A stretch of DNA of 63,435 nt, the filler included, from Octopus bimaculoides (lineage: Eukaryota), in NCBI RefSeq assembly GCF_001194135.2. It is 4 parts of 3 records of this genome, joined end to end, with 100 filler letters (N's around TTAATTAATTAA, not from the genome) between each part and the next. Parts side by side here need not be neighbours in the genome. Positions count along the whole stretch, not along the records: positions 41,651 to 51,036 come from NC_068989.1; positions 51,137 to 63,435 come from NC_068993.1; 2 more parts are not named here. One strand, written 5' to 3'. Made by a program: the position numbers and the translations under genes. The notes under the pieces are model-generated. The model saw only the letters and a program-made list of their open reading frames with translations. It was not told the origin of the DNA and made no database searches. Shown in pieces: positions 50,616 through 63,435 of the stretch (positions are counted from its first letter, which is position 1; each line of letters begins with the position of its first letter).

Positions 50616-52152
50616 TATGTATATATAAACATATATTAATACATATATACACACATATATAAATAGACTTATACATATCCCAAACACCACCAGCTAAACA
50701 AGGTAGATAACCACTTACAACAAAATAAGCGGGAGCGCAGAAAAGGGAGACCAGAAAGCTTAAATCTACGTACACATAATCCACCGAATACCAACAGGAC
50801 TCACAAAGAGAGAAGTCCGTATATTCCTTCTGCTCCCCCAAAAAGGCTATATGCAGAGGCTGTACGAACTGCAGTAGCTGAGCAGCAAGCTTTTTTAAGC
50901 TTGGCCCAGAAAATGGTACAACAGTTAACGTGGATGCAGAGGGTACAGAGTCAACGCCACATGAACCATTGTCCAAGACCACCACAGATGATGGATCAGG
51001 GATGGCCACCGCTAACACCAGGAACCCCTGCACAGANNNNNNNNNNNNNNNNNNNNNNNNNNNNNNNNNNNNNNNNNNNNTTAATTAATTAANNNNNNNN
51101 NNNNNNNNNNNNNNNNNNNNNNNNNNNNNNNNNNNNTATATATATATATATATATATATATATGCAGTGAGAAAATGTGTTTGTATCACAGCAGCTATGG
51201 GAAAGGGAATAGAAATACGTAGTGATTCCAAGGAAATAAACAGAGATTATTAAAGAAAGTGCAATCCAAATTTCCTCGACGAAAAGTTTTCCTCTGAATA
51301 GGAGAGAATACATTTTGTACATGCAAAAATGGAAAATCGATACCAAAAAATGCTGCGAATTACAATGATTCAATTGAAATAGCTGATGAGATAAGTGGAC
51401 ACTGCATGTGTAGTTATCACATCAGAATAACGTGTACACAAAGATACACACATTCACAAAGACCTACGTACAGACATACAAGCCTATACTCACAAACGGG
51501 AATAAATTGTTACATACAAACACTTATGTGAAGTTTTTATATGTTGTTATTAACAGAATGAATATTTATAATTAAATCCATAGTAAAATGTAGAGTAAAT
51601 ATAAAATGTATGCATAATTTCATCATACATGTAAGGTCATTTTCCTATACACGCATATATATTTATATATATATATATATAGCTCTATACACACAAAAAA
51701 TCACCCCCGCCAAAATGTATATATTCTACATACATTATGGTTAGGCTGAAATAGAAGTAAATTTTAACAGCGTAGCAGATGATGTAATATGATAATAATT
51801 TCTTGTATATCATCAGCTGTCATTCGTTATTTGAAACAGAAATCTTATCAAACATTCTTTAGGAATTACTCGCGAAACGTTTGAGTTAGGCAAAGAACAT
51901 CGTGCAATACCGAATAAGTAGGAAATATTTAATGGACATATATTTAGTTAATTGACAGGAATTAATTTTCAAGCCATCTTGTTCTCAAGCAATGTTTCTG
52001 CTCTGTTGTTATTGTTAATGGTTAGCGTCTGCTTTCGTAGATAAGAGATTCTAGACGTGATTATCCCATCGCTGTTTTCAAATTTATATTACCTAGAATT
52101 ACAGTACCCAATATGTATTTTCCACGAAGATTGAAAGAAGTAGTGTGTGTGT

Positions 52153-52227
<75 letters not shown>

Positions 52228-52351
52228 GAGAGAGAAAGAGTACATTGCATTAATTACATATAGGCCTAATGTTCGAATTATGCATGCGAAACCATATGAG
52301 ACAGTATTTTTTAAATACCATAATCTGTCAATAATTTCGACAATGTCTGAA

Positions 52352-53552
52352 TCATTTGTTGTTCCGAAAATAATGGCCGCTTTAAGTAATGTGTTTGAAA
52401 CGCTATTTTATCATAGAATATTAATTAGATTTTAGGTGAATTTCGACATGCTTAATAATTGATGTGTGCTCTTTAATAAGTTTCTGCTTATTTCATGCAG
52501 AAAACATTCTTGAAGCAGAAGCGCCCTTAATTCTGAACATGACAAAAATGGACCGTCGTTTACTGTTCTTGCAGTCTTGTATGAGTTCAAGCTTGGGCAC
52601 AATGCCTCCCAAACTGCTGCCAATATTAATAGAGCATAGGAGGAGGGCTCCACAAGTGATCGCACTGTACGAAGGTCGTTTCAGAAATTTAGTAGTGTTG
52701 ATGAGAGCCTTGAAGATGGAGAGGGTAGTGGACGGTCATGTAGTCTTGACAATTAATAATTGAAAGCAATTGTTGGAAAAAAAACCACGTCAAAGTGCCA
52801 GAGAAATGTCTCTGGCACTTGGTGTCAGTATTGCAATGGTCTCACGCAGAAGATTGATGAGGTGAAAAAGCTCGATAAATGGGTACCGCATGAGCTCAAT
52901 GAAAATCAAAATATTCTGCGAAACACCAATGGTCCTTTTCGAGACCGATAGTCACTTGTGACGAAAACTGGATCCTTTATGATAACCGTAAACGATCAGA
53001 TCAATGGCTAGATCATGATAAGTGTTCCAAACATTTCCCAAAGCCAAAGTTGCATCAGCAAAAGATTATGGTGACTGTCTGGTGGTTTGCAATTGGTATT
53101 GTCCATTCCAGCTTTCTGGAATCCAATCGGAGCATTACAGCAGAGGTTTACTGCAATGAACTCGCTGAAATTCATAACCACTTGCCTTTCAAAAAGTGAG
53201 ACCTTCATTGGTGAATCGGCGTGGCCCACGTCTGCACCACGATAATTCAAAGCCACATGTTGCAAGAATGACACTGTATAACCTCACAGAACTGGGATAC
53301 GAGGCTTTACCGCATCCTCCATATTCTCCTGATCTTTCACCCATTGACTAACAGTTTTAAAGCATTTAAACACGACAAGAGGTGGAATAATCAGCTTTCA
53401 AAGATTTCTTAGCATGAAAGTCAATAAGTTTTTATCCACGAGGCATATATGTTCACGGCTCATACTTTCACTAATCAAAATATTTCTATCGTTAATTTTT
53501 CCTGAATATAATTGTTTATGAAATTGGCCATTATTTTCGAAACAACCTAATA
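52352..53552 (+). mobile_element. Near full-length mariner element, inactivated
   Basis: TIRs gttgttccgaaaataatggcc / ggccattattttcgaaacaacctaata; YEFKLGHNA, WVPHEL, IVTCDE, HPPYSPDLSP. Confidence 0.9.
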
Positions 53553-54030
53553 TTATGACTTAAATATTTATTGATTTCAATTTGAGTCAATTATAACATG
53601 TCAGTTTGTTGTGTTGAACGTTGCATAAATCATAATGATATTGTAACGTTGTATTTTGGTTTTCATAAAATTATGTTGATTTGTCTTAGTGAATGATTAC
53701 ATGAACTATATGAAATATAGAACATATAACTTACGATATGAGTTATTATTTTTTTAATTGTTGTACTTCTTTTTAACATGTGAAGTTCATTTCTTACTTT
53801 ATACCAGGGTTTCTGAAAGGGGGCCATATGCCTCCCTAGGGGTGGGGTGGGGGGTTGTCACAGAAAATTTGGGGAGCATAAAATATTAACATGTAAGTAT
53901 GTATTTTTATTTGTAAAATGTACATTATACATATACATATAAGAAGCACGTGTATATGCGTTTATTATTATGATGAATCATCTTTATGTACTAATTTTCT
54001 ATTACATTCATATATGTACCTAAAGAACAC

Positions 54031-54345
54031 ATGTTACAATATCAGATTTGTACAACGAATTCTTTAAATTTAAGAATAAATAATCATAAATCATCCTTTA
54101 ATGACCCTAGAAAGGAGAATAACACAAGTCTGTCCCCAAAAGTTTGGCAATTCAAAAGAAGCAATATAGATTACTCTATTTCTTGGAAAATTCTATCTTC
54201 AGCCCCATCTTATAGACATAATAACAAAATCTGTAGATTATACCTGAAAGAGAGTTGTAAAATGATGAAAATGAGTGGTCTCTTTGTTAATTCTAAAGAT
54301 GAAAATGATTTTTCATGTAGACATGTCAAAGTTCCTTTTTATTAA
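54031..54345 (+). mobile_element. Penelope-like GIY-YIG endonuclease C-terminal half
   Basis: LRINNHKSSF...YSISWKILSSAPSY...KICRL...NSKDE...SCRH. Confidence 0.8.
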
Positions 54346-54461
54346 TCCTAATTTGTATTTTCTCCCAACTACCTTAACTATTATCATTTTCCTTCTGTTT
54401 CTAATAAATACCTCTCTATATATACTAGCCTTCTCTAAGGTATCATTTCATCTTATACTAT

Positions 54462-54717
54462 ATGGATATATATTTATTACTTATCCATCCCATCTTATAA
54501 CCACATGACGCATCTTATACTGATCTAACATCTCTTCCAAATCGCCATAAACCTCACCTTCTCTCAATTATACTTCTAGATCTTCCCTAAATGGATATAT
54601 ATTTATTACATATCCGTCCCCTCTCATAACTACATGACCGACATTATATTGTGCTAACATCTCATCCAAATGACCATAAACTTCCCTTTGTCTCAATTAT
54701 ATTTCTAAATCTTCCCT

Positions 54718-54719
<2 letters not shown>
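54462..54719. repeat. Tandem duplication, about 129-bp unit x2, in the Penelope tail
   Basis: atggatatatatttattac... starts at 54462 and again at 54591. Confidence 0.85.
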
Positions 54720-54766
<47 letters not shown>

Positions 54767-55274
54767 CATTTTCTGTGATTTTTCTTTTGCATATGTACTT
54801 AAATACACCCCTTTCTTACCTATTCCAATTATTTTAATTTAAAGTTAATTGCCAATCTGTTTCATACTTAATTACCTCTTACAAGTGATATATACAAACA
54901 CTTTTAATACTTCTTGGTGTCCATTTTGCCCACTTATTTTGTTTTCTTAATTTTTTTCATTTTTTCTTTCTTATTCATAATTTATTACATCTGTATAATA
55001 TATACTTTAAAACCTACCCCTCTTAACTATTCCAATTTCATTATTGCTTAAATTTGCTTGCCAACCTACCAGATATTTAATTACATTTTATAGCTGATAT
55101 ATGCTCAGCTAATTATAATAGTTATTGGTACCCTGCACTTCTACAAAATGTATGCACTTATAGATATCATTTTTTATTTATCTTTTTGTGTTGTACATCT
55201 AATTGATTTTATATTATCATTATTATTATTAGTAGTAGTAGTATTGCCCTTGCACAGTTTCTAAAGCTGAAGAT

Positions 55275-56095
55275 ATACTACAGTGTCAGCTGTTTACTAC
55301 CAGTTAAAGACAGCCATGCCGGACCTTTTGTTTATATATTTGCATACATACATGATGGAGTGAACAGAATTACGAAATTCCACGCTAATGTGTGCCTTGA
55401 AAACTCTTAGCAATAGATGACTATATGGGACAACCCATCAGTTGTCTACAATAACCAGCCTTTGCTGCGGCCGAAGAGTGAAATTGAATCCACCGTCTCC
55501 CTGTCTGCGTCTTTTTTACGTTGGATACCCGTCATGTTTCAGAAGTAAACTGTTCAGGGTACCCTTTTGAGAATTTTCCATTTATCATGCATGGGGAATT
55601 ATGATTATAACGGCTGCAGGGACCATGAACCATCTTCGATTTGACGATGTCAAAAATTCGTTTGTTTACGAATTCCTGATTTGGAATCTCAGCACTTATA
55701 ACAAACAGTCAATTTGGTTTGAGTGCATTCAACCAAATCAAAATATGCACATGCGGCAGGCCTCGTTTCTGCCATTCGAAGGTATACATTCGACAAGTAA
55801 CTTATCCAAATAACTTTTTTCTTTGTAGGTATATCCATGAATTTCAATAACTTAATATGGAAAACCCACGAGATTAAGTAGTGTTGATGATGCCAGAAGA
55901 TTTTCATAACTTCAGTCCACTTAGGATTACTTGTGAATGTAAGGAAAGGTCTGGAGAACCAAAGTTTCTTACAAAACCTTGTGCATTTGCGTGCATGTAC
56001 CTTGGTCCTTCGGTGAAGGAAGCCGGGAGAATAACTCTGTGGCCGACATTTTGAATGTCATAATCACTGGCAATGGTTACTTTTCATATAAAGAA
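55275..56095 (-). mobile_element. Helitron Rep (HUH) domain pseudogene
   Basis: VILPASF.EGPRYMH, FGSPDLF.TF..NPKW, YTFEWQKRGLPHVHILIWL, KMVHGPC, NSPCMINGK; several frameshifts. Confidence 0.9.
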
Positions 56096-56159
56096 GGCGC
56101 TCAGTTCTATGTTTAAGAGATGTGTAATTATGTACATGATTTACATTATTTACCTTTGA

Positions 56160-56475
56160 CGGATATTTATCCGCATCTTGTTTGTTGTCTACTCTATGTG
56201 AAAGGCCTCTCCGAAAAGATGCAAAAGATAGGCGGCCCATATGACATTAGAACAATATTCAAGAGTAATACAACACTTCGTAAATATCTCCTTCGGGTAA
56301 AACCATCAATAGGAGACAATTTGACCAAAAACTGTGTGTACTCCATCCCATGCAGCTGTGGTAGGAATTAGAAGCCAGGTTCGAAATTTCCCCAAGACAC
56401 CTCATAAAGGTTGGAGGGTATATCAGCCGAAACGTTGTGTTAAACAACAAACAAGATGAAGACAAATATTCGTCA
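56160..56475 (+). mobile_element. Penelope linker/GIY-YIG start plus terminal repeat with mutated hammerhead
   Basis: YVKGLSEK...NCVYSIPCSCG; gacac-ctcataa-a-ggttg...cagcc-gaaacgtt-gtgtt (56396-56441). Confidence 0.8.
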
Positions 56476-57209
56476 AATGTAAATAATGTAAATAAAGATA
56501 GTACAAGTTTAGTGACTCGCTCAGTAACTATGTTTGTGTTCTTCATTCCAAAATAATAAAACCTTTAACATACTTCCATTTGAAATTGGAACTTGTTACC
56601 ACTCATATACTTAATCTCCGTATTTTTCCACGTAGACTGAAAAAAAATTCGGGAAAAAGTTAAAAATTAAAAATGTTGGTGTGGGAAGAATGAAAAAAAT
56701 TGAAAACGTGTTTTTTTGGCATATTCAGAATTCGTCATCAAAAACATAGGAAACCGGTGAGGAAAAAATTCTGAAACCCGCTTTGGGGCGAAATGCAAAT
56801 GTCCTCTATGGAAAACATAGGAATGTGAGTAAATTGAGGAAACAAATAAGTAGGGGGGGGTCTGAAACTCTGTGCGTGTGTGTGCGTGCGTGTGTGCCTG
56901 CGCCAAAGGAAGTTATTTTTGCATACCTTTCTTAATTCCAGTTAATTATTGGAAGTTGTGAATTGTTGACAACATGAGGTCTCTGCACATTATAATGAGA
57001 AATTGAAAGAGAAGGATAATGCCTAATTCTACGCACGCGTGAAGCATGAGACGAAAGTGAAAATGACCTGAAAACGACCTAAACATTTATACGATACGAC
57101 CTGGGTTCTGGGGTTGTCATCGTCCCCTTCTCTCCCACTTTCCACCTCGATTTTGGCATGCATAAGGAACATACGCGCGCGCGCACACACACATACACAC
57201 ACCTATAGA

Positions 57210-57240
<31 letters not shown>

Positions 57241-57922
57241 GCATACACACTCTCTTTTATAGTTATATATGTATACAAAGTGATGCATATATTCAATACA
57301 TATAGTCTCGCGTGTCGAGTAGATATTTTTCACACTATATTTTCTACCGTATTTCAACTTCATTTTCTACCACTAAACTTTTAGAAAATCATAAAAATCA
57401 CTTATGAAAGAATAGTTACATTTCAGCATTTGTATACAAATGAATATAAGTTGCTGAATTAATTGCTATTCCGTAGTATTTGTCATATTTGCGTGTTGCA
57501 ATTTAATAAACATGTGATTAGAATTTTTTATAAACTGGTGTTATTTACAAAACATTACTGCTTGGGCGTTAGAAAATAGTGTTTGTGCAAAATAGATAAT
57601 TGCGAATATGTGAAAAGTAATTATTATAGGTGATACATAAATTTTTAACTTTCATTAAATAGTTTCAATGGAAGATGATCTACAATCAAGAAATCAATAA
57701 ACAAATTTGACGGAGGAAATTTCAAAGTCATGTAACCATTTTCCAATTCGATAGGTTGTTCCATGGTATTTATTTCCTGTAGTGTAATCACTACTGTTCC
57801 TTTCATTTGCATATATCATTAATATGTACTTTTGTGTGCATAACACCAAATCCAACCTCATCTAAGTAAAAGCCTACAGCGCTTTCAATTCTAATGAGGA
57901 ATTTAGATTTTTTTAATTGCAG

Positions 57923-58022
57923 GTATAATAGATGTGTTATATGCAAGAGTTGTAATTTTCTATATTGTTATCCCGATTTCATCAATTTACATAAGGATTG
58001 TTGCATCGATGTTTATTCATAA
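57923..58022 (+). CDS. Candidate terminal exon encoding a six-cysteine peptide (R-YNRCVICKSCNFLYCYPDFINLHKDCCIDVYS*)
   Basis: ttttttaattgcag acceptor; phase-2 entry matches 44963-45074; stop TAA at 58020-58022. Confidence 0.55.
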
Positions 58023-59118
58023 TAGTTGCCAGCAGCACAATCCACTTACTGACCGTTCACACACACAAGGGAAACAGACACACAGACACACACAAACACG
58101 CACATACGCAAGCCCTCAAATACACACACACATACGAATAGATGGATAGGTATTGCTACTTAATCACGAGAGTTAAAGGCCATTCAAACTGCATTTATCC
58201 CATCTTGCTTTCAAGGATCCTATATCGTAAGCTATATTTATTTTTCTTAAAGGTGGCATGGTGCAAGTTGTCAGCTCCTTCAACCGCCGCAGAAAGTGTT
58301 GGGTGGTAGTTGTCATTAATGAAATAATTAATGACATTGAACAAATTACGCTGTTCCAACTCCACACTTCTTGGGTAGAATTAAATATTACTCTAGCTTA
58401 TTACTAGATAAAATTTCAAAAAGAGTGTTATATTAGAAAATCAATGTGTATAGTAAGTCTCATATCTAGATTGAAGACGAATGAAAGTTAGATTGCATCG
58501 TAATATGATAATTCTTTTTTTCCGAATTTAGGGCCGTTTGTAGTCAGGTGGCAGCAACAATGAGCTCGAGTATAATTTCACAAAAACTAATGATATTTTA
58601 TGACAAAAAGACTAACCTTACTTTGCCAGAGTGGTCAGGAAGAAGAATCTAGAAGAATCACTATTAGTACAACGCCAAACTATGACTATTTGAACATCAA
58701 AGGTTAATGATCCGACATCAAACTTCCTCGATGCGTGGAAAAAGTAGTTGGATGTTTATGAATGATACGATTCATTTTCATCAAACGTCTACAAAGATTA
58801 TGTAAGAGTAATAGCTAAACTAAATATAGGAGCAGTGGAAATTTTATAAAAATGGAAGTAATAAAAACAATCAAATGTCAATAAATGTTTTTCACTTAGG
58901 TATAAAACCAACAATTTTCATAAGGGGTTTAAATAGTGACACTTTGTCCCCGACCATGACTGATAATCTCTTTTATCGACCTCGAATGTTTTTTTGTTTT
59001 TTTATTTTCGAAGTACCGACGATTCTGTCAACTCTTCGCCATAATTGAAATATTGACAATGATCATAAAATATAAATACTACGAAAATGAAATATGCGTT
59101 GCACGCAATTTGATAAAA

Positions 59119-59700
59119 TAGGAGTGGCTGTGTGGTAAGAAGCTTTCTTCACAACCCCATGGTCCCGGGGTCAGTCACATTGCGTGGCACCCTGGGCAGC
59201 AGTCTTTTACTGTAGCCTCGGGCCGAACAAAGATTTGAGAGTGGATTTGGTAGATGGAAACTGAAAGAAGTCCGTCGTATATATATATATATATATATAT
59301 ATNNNNNNNNNNNNNNNNNNNNNNNNNNNNNNNNNNNNNNNNNNNNNNNNNNNNNNNNNNNNNNNNNNNNNNNNNNNNNNNNNNNNNNNNNNNNNNNNNN
59401 NNNNNNNNNNNNNNNNNNNNNNNNNNNNNNNNNNNNNNNNNNNNNNNNNNNNNNNNNNNNNNNNNNNNNNNNNNNNNNNNNTGTGTGTGTGTGTGTGTGT
59501 GTGTATGTATTTGTGTGTTCGTGTTTGTCCCTCCACCATCACTCGACAGCCGATGTTTGTGTGTTGTCAAGCACATCAACGTGTATGCTTGACCAATAGA
59601 ATACGTACTAGGCTTATAAAGAATAAATCCTGGGGCTGATGTGTTCGACTAAAGGCGGTGCTCCAGCATGGCCGCAGTCGAATGACTGAAGCAAGTAAAC
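59119..59700 (+). mobile_element. Full-length SINE family B with internal (TA)n/(TG)n
   Basis: ggagtggctgtgtggtaag head, gtggcaccctgggcag core, internal microsatellite/gap, ggcggtgctccagcatggccgcagtc tail. Confidence 0.85.
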
Positions 59701-60779
59701 GGGGAAAATAATACTTATTCACGTCTGCAGTTATATTTCAGCCTTTTTATTTACATAAACCTTCAATGCACAAAATTAATAGAGCTTCTCTTTATTATAG
59801 GCTTCAAATTTTGTTGTACTCCCTAGTATTTGGCTCACTCTTTTATAATTTCTCACTTTATATGTTAAACCTCATGAACTGAAGGTATTAGTGACTCTTC
59901 TGTTACCCAATGACTCTAAAAAAATATGTGACATTAGAATAATATCCTCATAGCTTTAGTTCGGTTTGGCCTATGGTGATAAAATGAACAAAAACTATTC
60001 AAAAACTTAACGAAGTTTCGACATTTACAGCGAGAAACTGTAGGGAAAGAAGATAGAGATAATAACACAGCCTTAGGCACATTTAAAATGTACATATCAC
60101 TACCATGTTAACAATAAACTAACATCAGATAAAATGATATCAGAACATTTCCATTAATTGAACATGACTGACATGAAGAAAACTGGCAAGTTCAGGAGAC
60201 AGTGTTTGAATGGTTGCCATAAGAATATATATTTTGTGCGATATAAGACATTATGCTGTATTATAATACTAATATCTCCAAGATAGAGAAAATAATAGTT
60301 ATTGTATACACACATTCACCAAAACCATTTGTGTATTTTTATCAATTGTAACGATGTGTAAAATTTTGTTCGGTTGTGACAGTATATTTGGAGAAATATC
60401 GATGTGAGGTTGTGTTTAAACTATACCAGCTGGACTACATCCAACATTTTATAATACGTAACATTAGCAAATTTGCCACAAATATCAACACCTCCTAGAT
60501 GTTGGGAAACATTAATGTTATGGGTTTATCGTGAAGAAATATAATAAAAAAACACAAATAGATATATCAATACGTCAGTGTTTCTCACAAAGGATATAGG
60601 AGAAGAGATACATATCTAATGGTGGATTAAACTATTTATATCGACAGTAAAACACTTTTTTTAAAACTTTAATTATGAAAAGTTATAAATGACAAGTTTT
60701 TTTCTTTTCTCATTTTCTATATAAGCATTTAAATCGGATACAGGTAGATATTTTTATAGAGTAAATTAGATTTAAAGTA

Positions 60780-61205
60780 TTAGGTTGTTTCACATGAACT
60801 GTCGTATTTGAAAGGTAACAATAAAATATTTCAGAAGTGTTAGAGAACTGATTTACTTCATCAATGTATGAAACATGTTCATTTATGACGTTTTACCAAC
60901 GTTTCTCTATGTCATATATTCCATCTTTAAAAAAATTCATCTTCTGCTGTGATAAGCAGTTCGAATGTTTCAATTACCTCTTCTCTATTTAAGAATGCTT
61001 TATTATTTATGAAAAGCTCAAATGCTTAAATAAGTGATGGTCAGTAGGAGAGATATCAAGAGAATGCTGCAAAATCTCATATTTCAAGCTATGCAACTTT
61101 TTGACCATAGCTTGAGGAGTGTGAGGACGTGCATTGTCGTGGAGCAAAATTGGGTCATCTCTATTTACTAGTCTGGGTTGCTTCTTTTTGAAATTCTCAT
61201 GCTAA
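60780..61205 (-). mobile_element. Mariner 3' half
   Basis: PILLHDNARPH, DISPTDHHLFKHL; TIR ttaggttgtttc after TA. Confidence 0.85.
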
Positions 61206-61564
61206 CAAAACCATTACAAAGGCCTAGAAATAACTGTCTATAATAAAGGTGGGTTAGGGGTGACATTAATTCATGATGTTCTTACCAGTTAAAGGGACAA
61301 ACTCTATGAAACTTAGGATGGTATATTGAGATTCAGGAAAATTTTAGTAATAATAACAGTAATAATAATGCTGATGATAAGTATAGTAGTAGTGATAATA
61401 ATAATAATAATAACAATGATATTAATAGCAATAATGCAACCGCCTTAACTGCAGGGCTTTCATCAATCTTATGAAATGTTCAACATATAAATTCAAGTCA
61501 AGTAAAATATTCACCATAAAAATTCAGTTTCCCTCTGCATCGAAGAACTTAATTCATGTCCTCA

Positions 61565-61810
61565 AATATGTTGAGTGTTGTGGGGACTAAATAGGTCGAA
61601 CTAGGTTGACGTTGAGAGACAGACTGACGGTACACAGGCAACAGATCCGGGACCTCATGACCAGGAAAATTCCCGTAAGCAAACACTTGGATCATTGCCC
61701 AAGAGACATACCAGATTGTCCCTCTTTATCAATGTACCGGAAACACCTCAGCCCAATTCCGACTGAATAAAGAAAGCATGCTCATTAGAAATACTAAGCG
61801 CAACTAAATG
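61565..61810 (+). mobile_element. Penelope-like GIY-YIG fragment (another family)
   Basis: IGRTRLTLRDRLTVHRQQIRD...IPVSKHLDHC. Confidence 0.7.
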
Positions 61811-62584
61811 TCCTATGATGACGCACCAGAAAGAGAAAACAAATTTTACACGAAAACCGACCAGAGACAACATATAATTCGAAAACTAAGTAAAAGGTTC
61901 ATACAGGTATTCGAAAGTCAAACTCCAAATTACTATAGAATAGCATCATACACCTTCTCAAATACCAGTTGCCGATGAGAAAACAAATGAAATATTTTAT
62001 CTGGTGAGAACTGGACTCACAGAAAAAAGAACAACCAAAAAAGCAAATAGTGACTCCCTAAGGGAACCAACCAAACAGAACAAGAGATGAGACCATCAGA
62101 CAGAAATAAGATATCGAGTTACTACCAAGAAGTCATCCAAGAAGAATGCTGAACTTTACCAAAACAAAATTATTTTGCCCAAAACAGAAAATATTTTCGA
62201 TCAAAATAAAGTGACATCACGAAACCTTCAACCAATCAGATCTTGTCTCTGGAAGGCAACCAACCGAAACACTAGACTTTTCTAAAACAAAAATATTTTG
62301 ACCAAAACATCCTCGAGAATGCGAATAAGATGTCATCAAAATTAAAACTAATCGAAAATTGGATGATTTTCCGTAAAAATATGTATATATACATACAACT
62401 CCAACAACACGTGAGAGGTGAAGAGACCTGTGCACTGAGACTGAAAATGGAAAAAGAACTACACGAGCGGACAAAAATTATAAAAGAATCTTTATTTTCT
62501 TTCCCTCCACTTTTTCTGTTTCTTCTCCACTTTTTTTTAATAGAATTCAATATCACTAAATTTTGTTTAATTTCCATTTTTTTT

Positions 62585-63085
62585 TACATTATTTACATTT
62601 GACATATATTCGTCCTCATCTTGCTTGTTGTTAACACAACGTTTCAGCTGATATACCCTCTAGCCTTCGTCTTGGAGAAATTTCGAACCTGGGTTCTCAT
62701 TCCTAAGGCATCTTTCGATGTTGTTGTTGTTATTATTATTAATATTATTCAGGTCACTGCCTGGAATCGAACTCGGAACCCCTATGCAATATACCCGTGG
62801 GTAATTATGGTCTATAAATCTAATATTCCCCTATCTTTCCTTCATACCGGTTCCCATATACTATTCATATCTTCACTCGGTCTGCTTAAGAAAGTGTTGT
62901 GTCCTAGCATATGTGCTGCTTCTTTTAGTTTTCATATTTTCCAGTGGTGTTCTTGTCTATTATTTTAAATTCATACCACAGGGAGAGGTGGTCTCCATTT
63001 TTCCATACATGATTAGCTATACCTGATTTATCAATTTATCCCCATGTCACAGATTTGCCATGCTCCTCTACCCTTCGCAAATAAA
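62585..63085 (-). mobile_element. Penelope GIY-YIG 3' half plus terminal repeat
   Basis: RVEEH...KSGIANHVW...KLKEAAHMLG...LSRPS.DMNSIWEPV, then tRNA-like head with GTTCGATTCC, (AAT/AAC)n and hammerhead remnant. Confidence 0.85.
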
Positions 63086-63341
63086 ACCACAATTAGAAAA
63101 GAATATGTCCAAAATCTGCGTGTACTCCATCCCATGTAGTTGTGGTAGGTTATACAAAGGCAAAACATGCCACTCCACTCAAAATAAGTAGACCGAGTGC
63201 AGATATGAATAGCATATGCGAACCGGTATTAACGAAGGATATGAGAATGTTAGACTTATAAGCCCTAAAATTCACTCCATAATTGCCCACGGGCATATGG
63301 CATAGTGGTTAATACCGAGTTGGAGTCCAGGCAGTGACCTA

Positions 63342-63435
<94 letters not shown>
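63086..63435 (+). mobile_element. Penelope GIY-YIG fragment plus start of terminal repeat and (AAT)n
   Basis: KICVYSIPCSCGRLYKGKTC, internal deletion, then cccacgggcatatggcatagtgg and (AAT)n to the window end. Confidence 0.8.

Noticed and set aside
51384-51425. ctgatgagataa...ttatcacatcag
   Set aside because: Simple hairpin without GAAA; not a hammerhead

Overview
Eukaryotic, AT-rich, gapped genomic DNA, not prokaryotic. Extreme microsatellite density, TTAGGG-type repeats and the SINE/LINE/Penelope repertoire suggest a cephalopod, probably Octopus (inference). Most ORFs in the supplied track are artefacts of microsatellites, N-gaps or decayed transposons. The transposons seen are L1/Tx1, RTE, Penelope-like, Ty3/Gypsy, mariner/Tc1, Helitron, a Merlin-like foldback and tRNA-derived SINEs. 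Reading splice sites by hand gave three candidate host loci. (1) A + strand cluster of secreted PAN/apple-like domain exons (signal peptide exons 4606-4656 and 9231-9261; phase 1-1 domain exons 1974-2210, 10735-10983, 13398-13637). Two of these exons differ at 27 amino-acid-changing codons versus 1 silent-only codon. (2) A - strand first-exon candidate (28592-28684) behind a CTCF motif/TATA/Inr arrangement. (3) A + strand two-exon candidate (44963-45074 + 57923-58022) encoding a small six-cysteine secreted-type peptide. Also seen: a near-intact minimal hammerhead ribozyme and a Penelope family whose terminal repeat carries a tRNA-like head, (AAT)n and a hammerhead. All calls are by eye with no database searches. 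Three 100-bp artificial joins limit long-range inferences.
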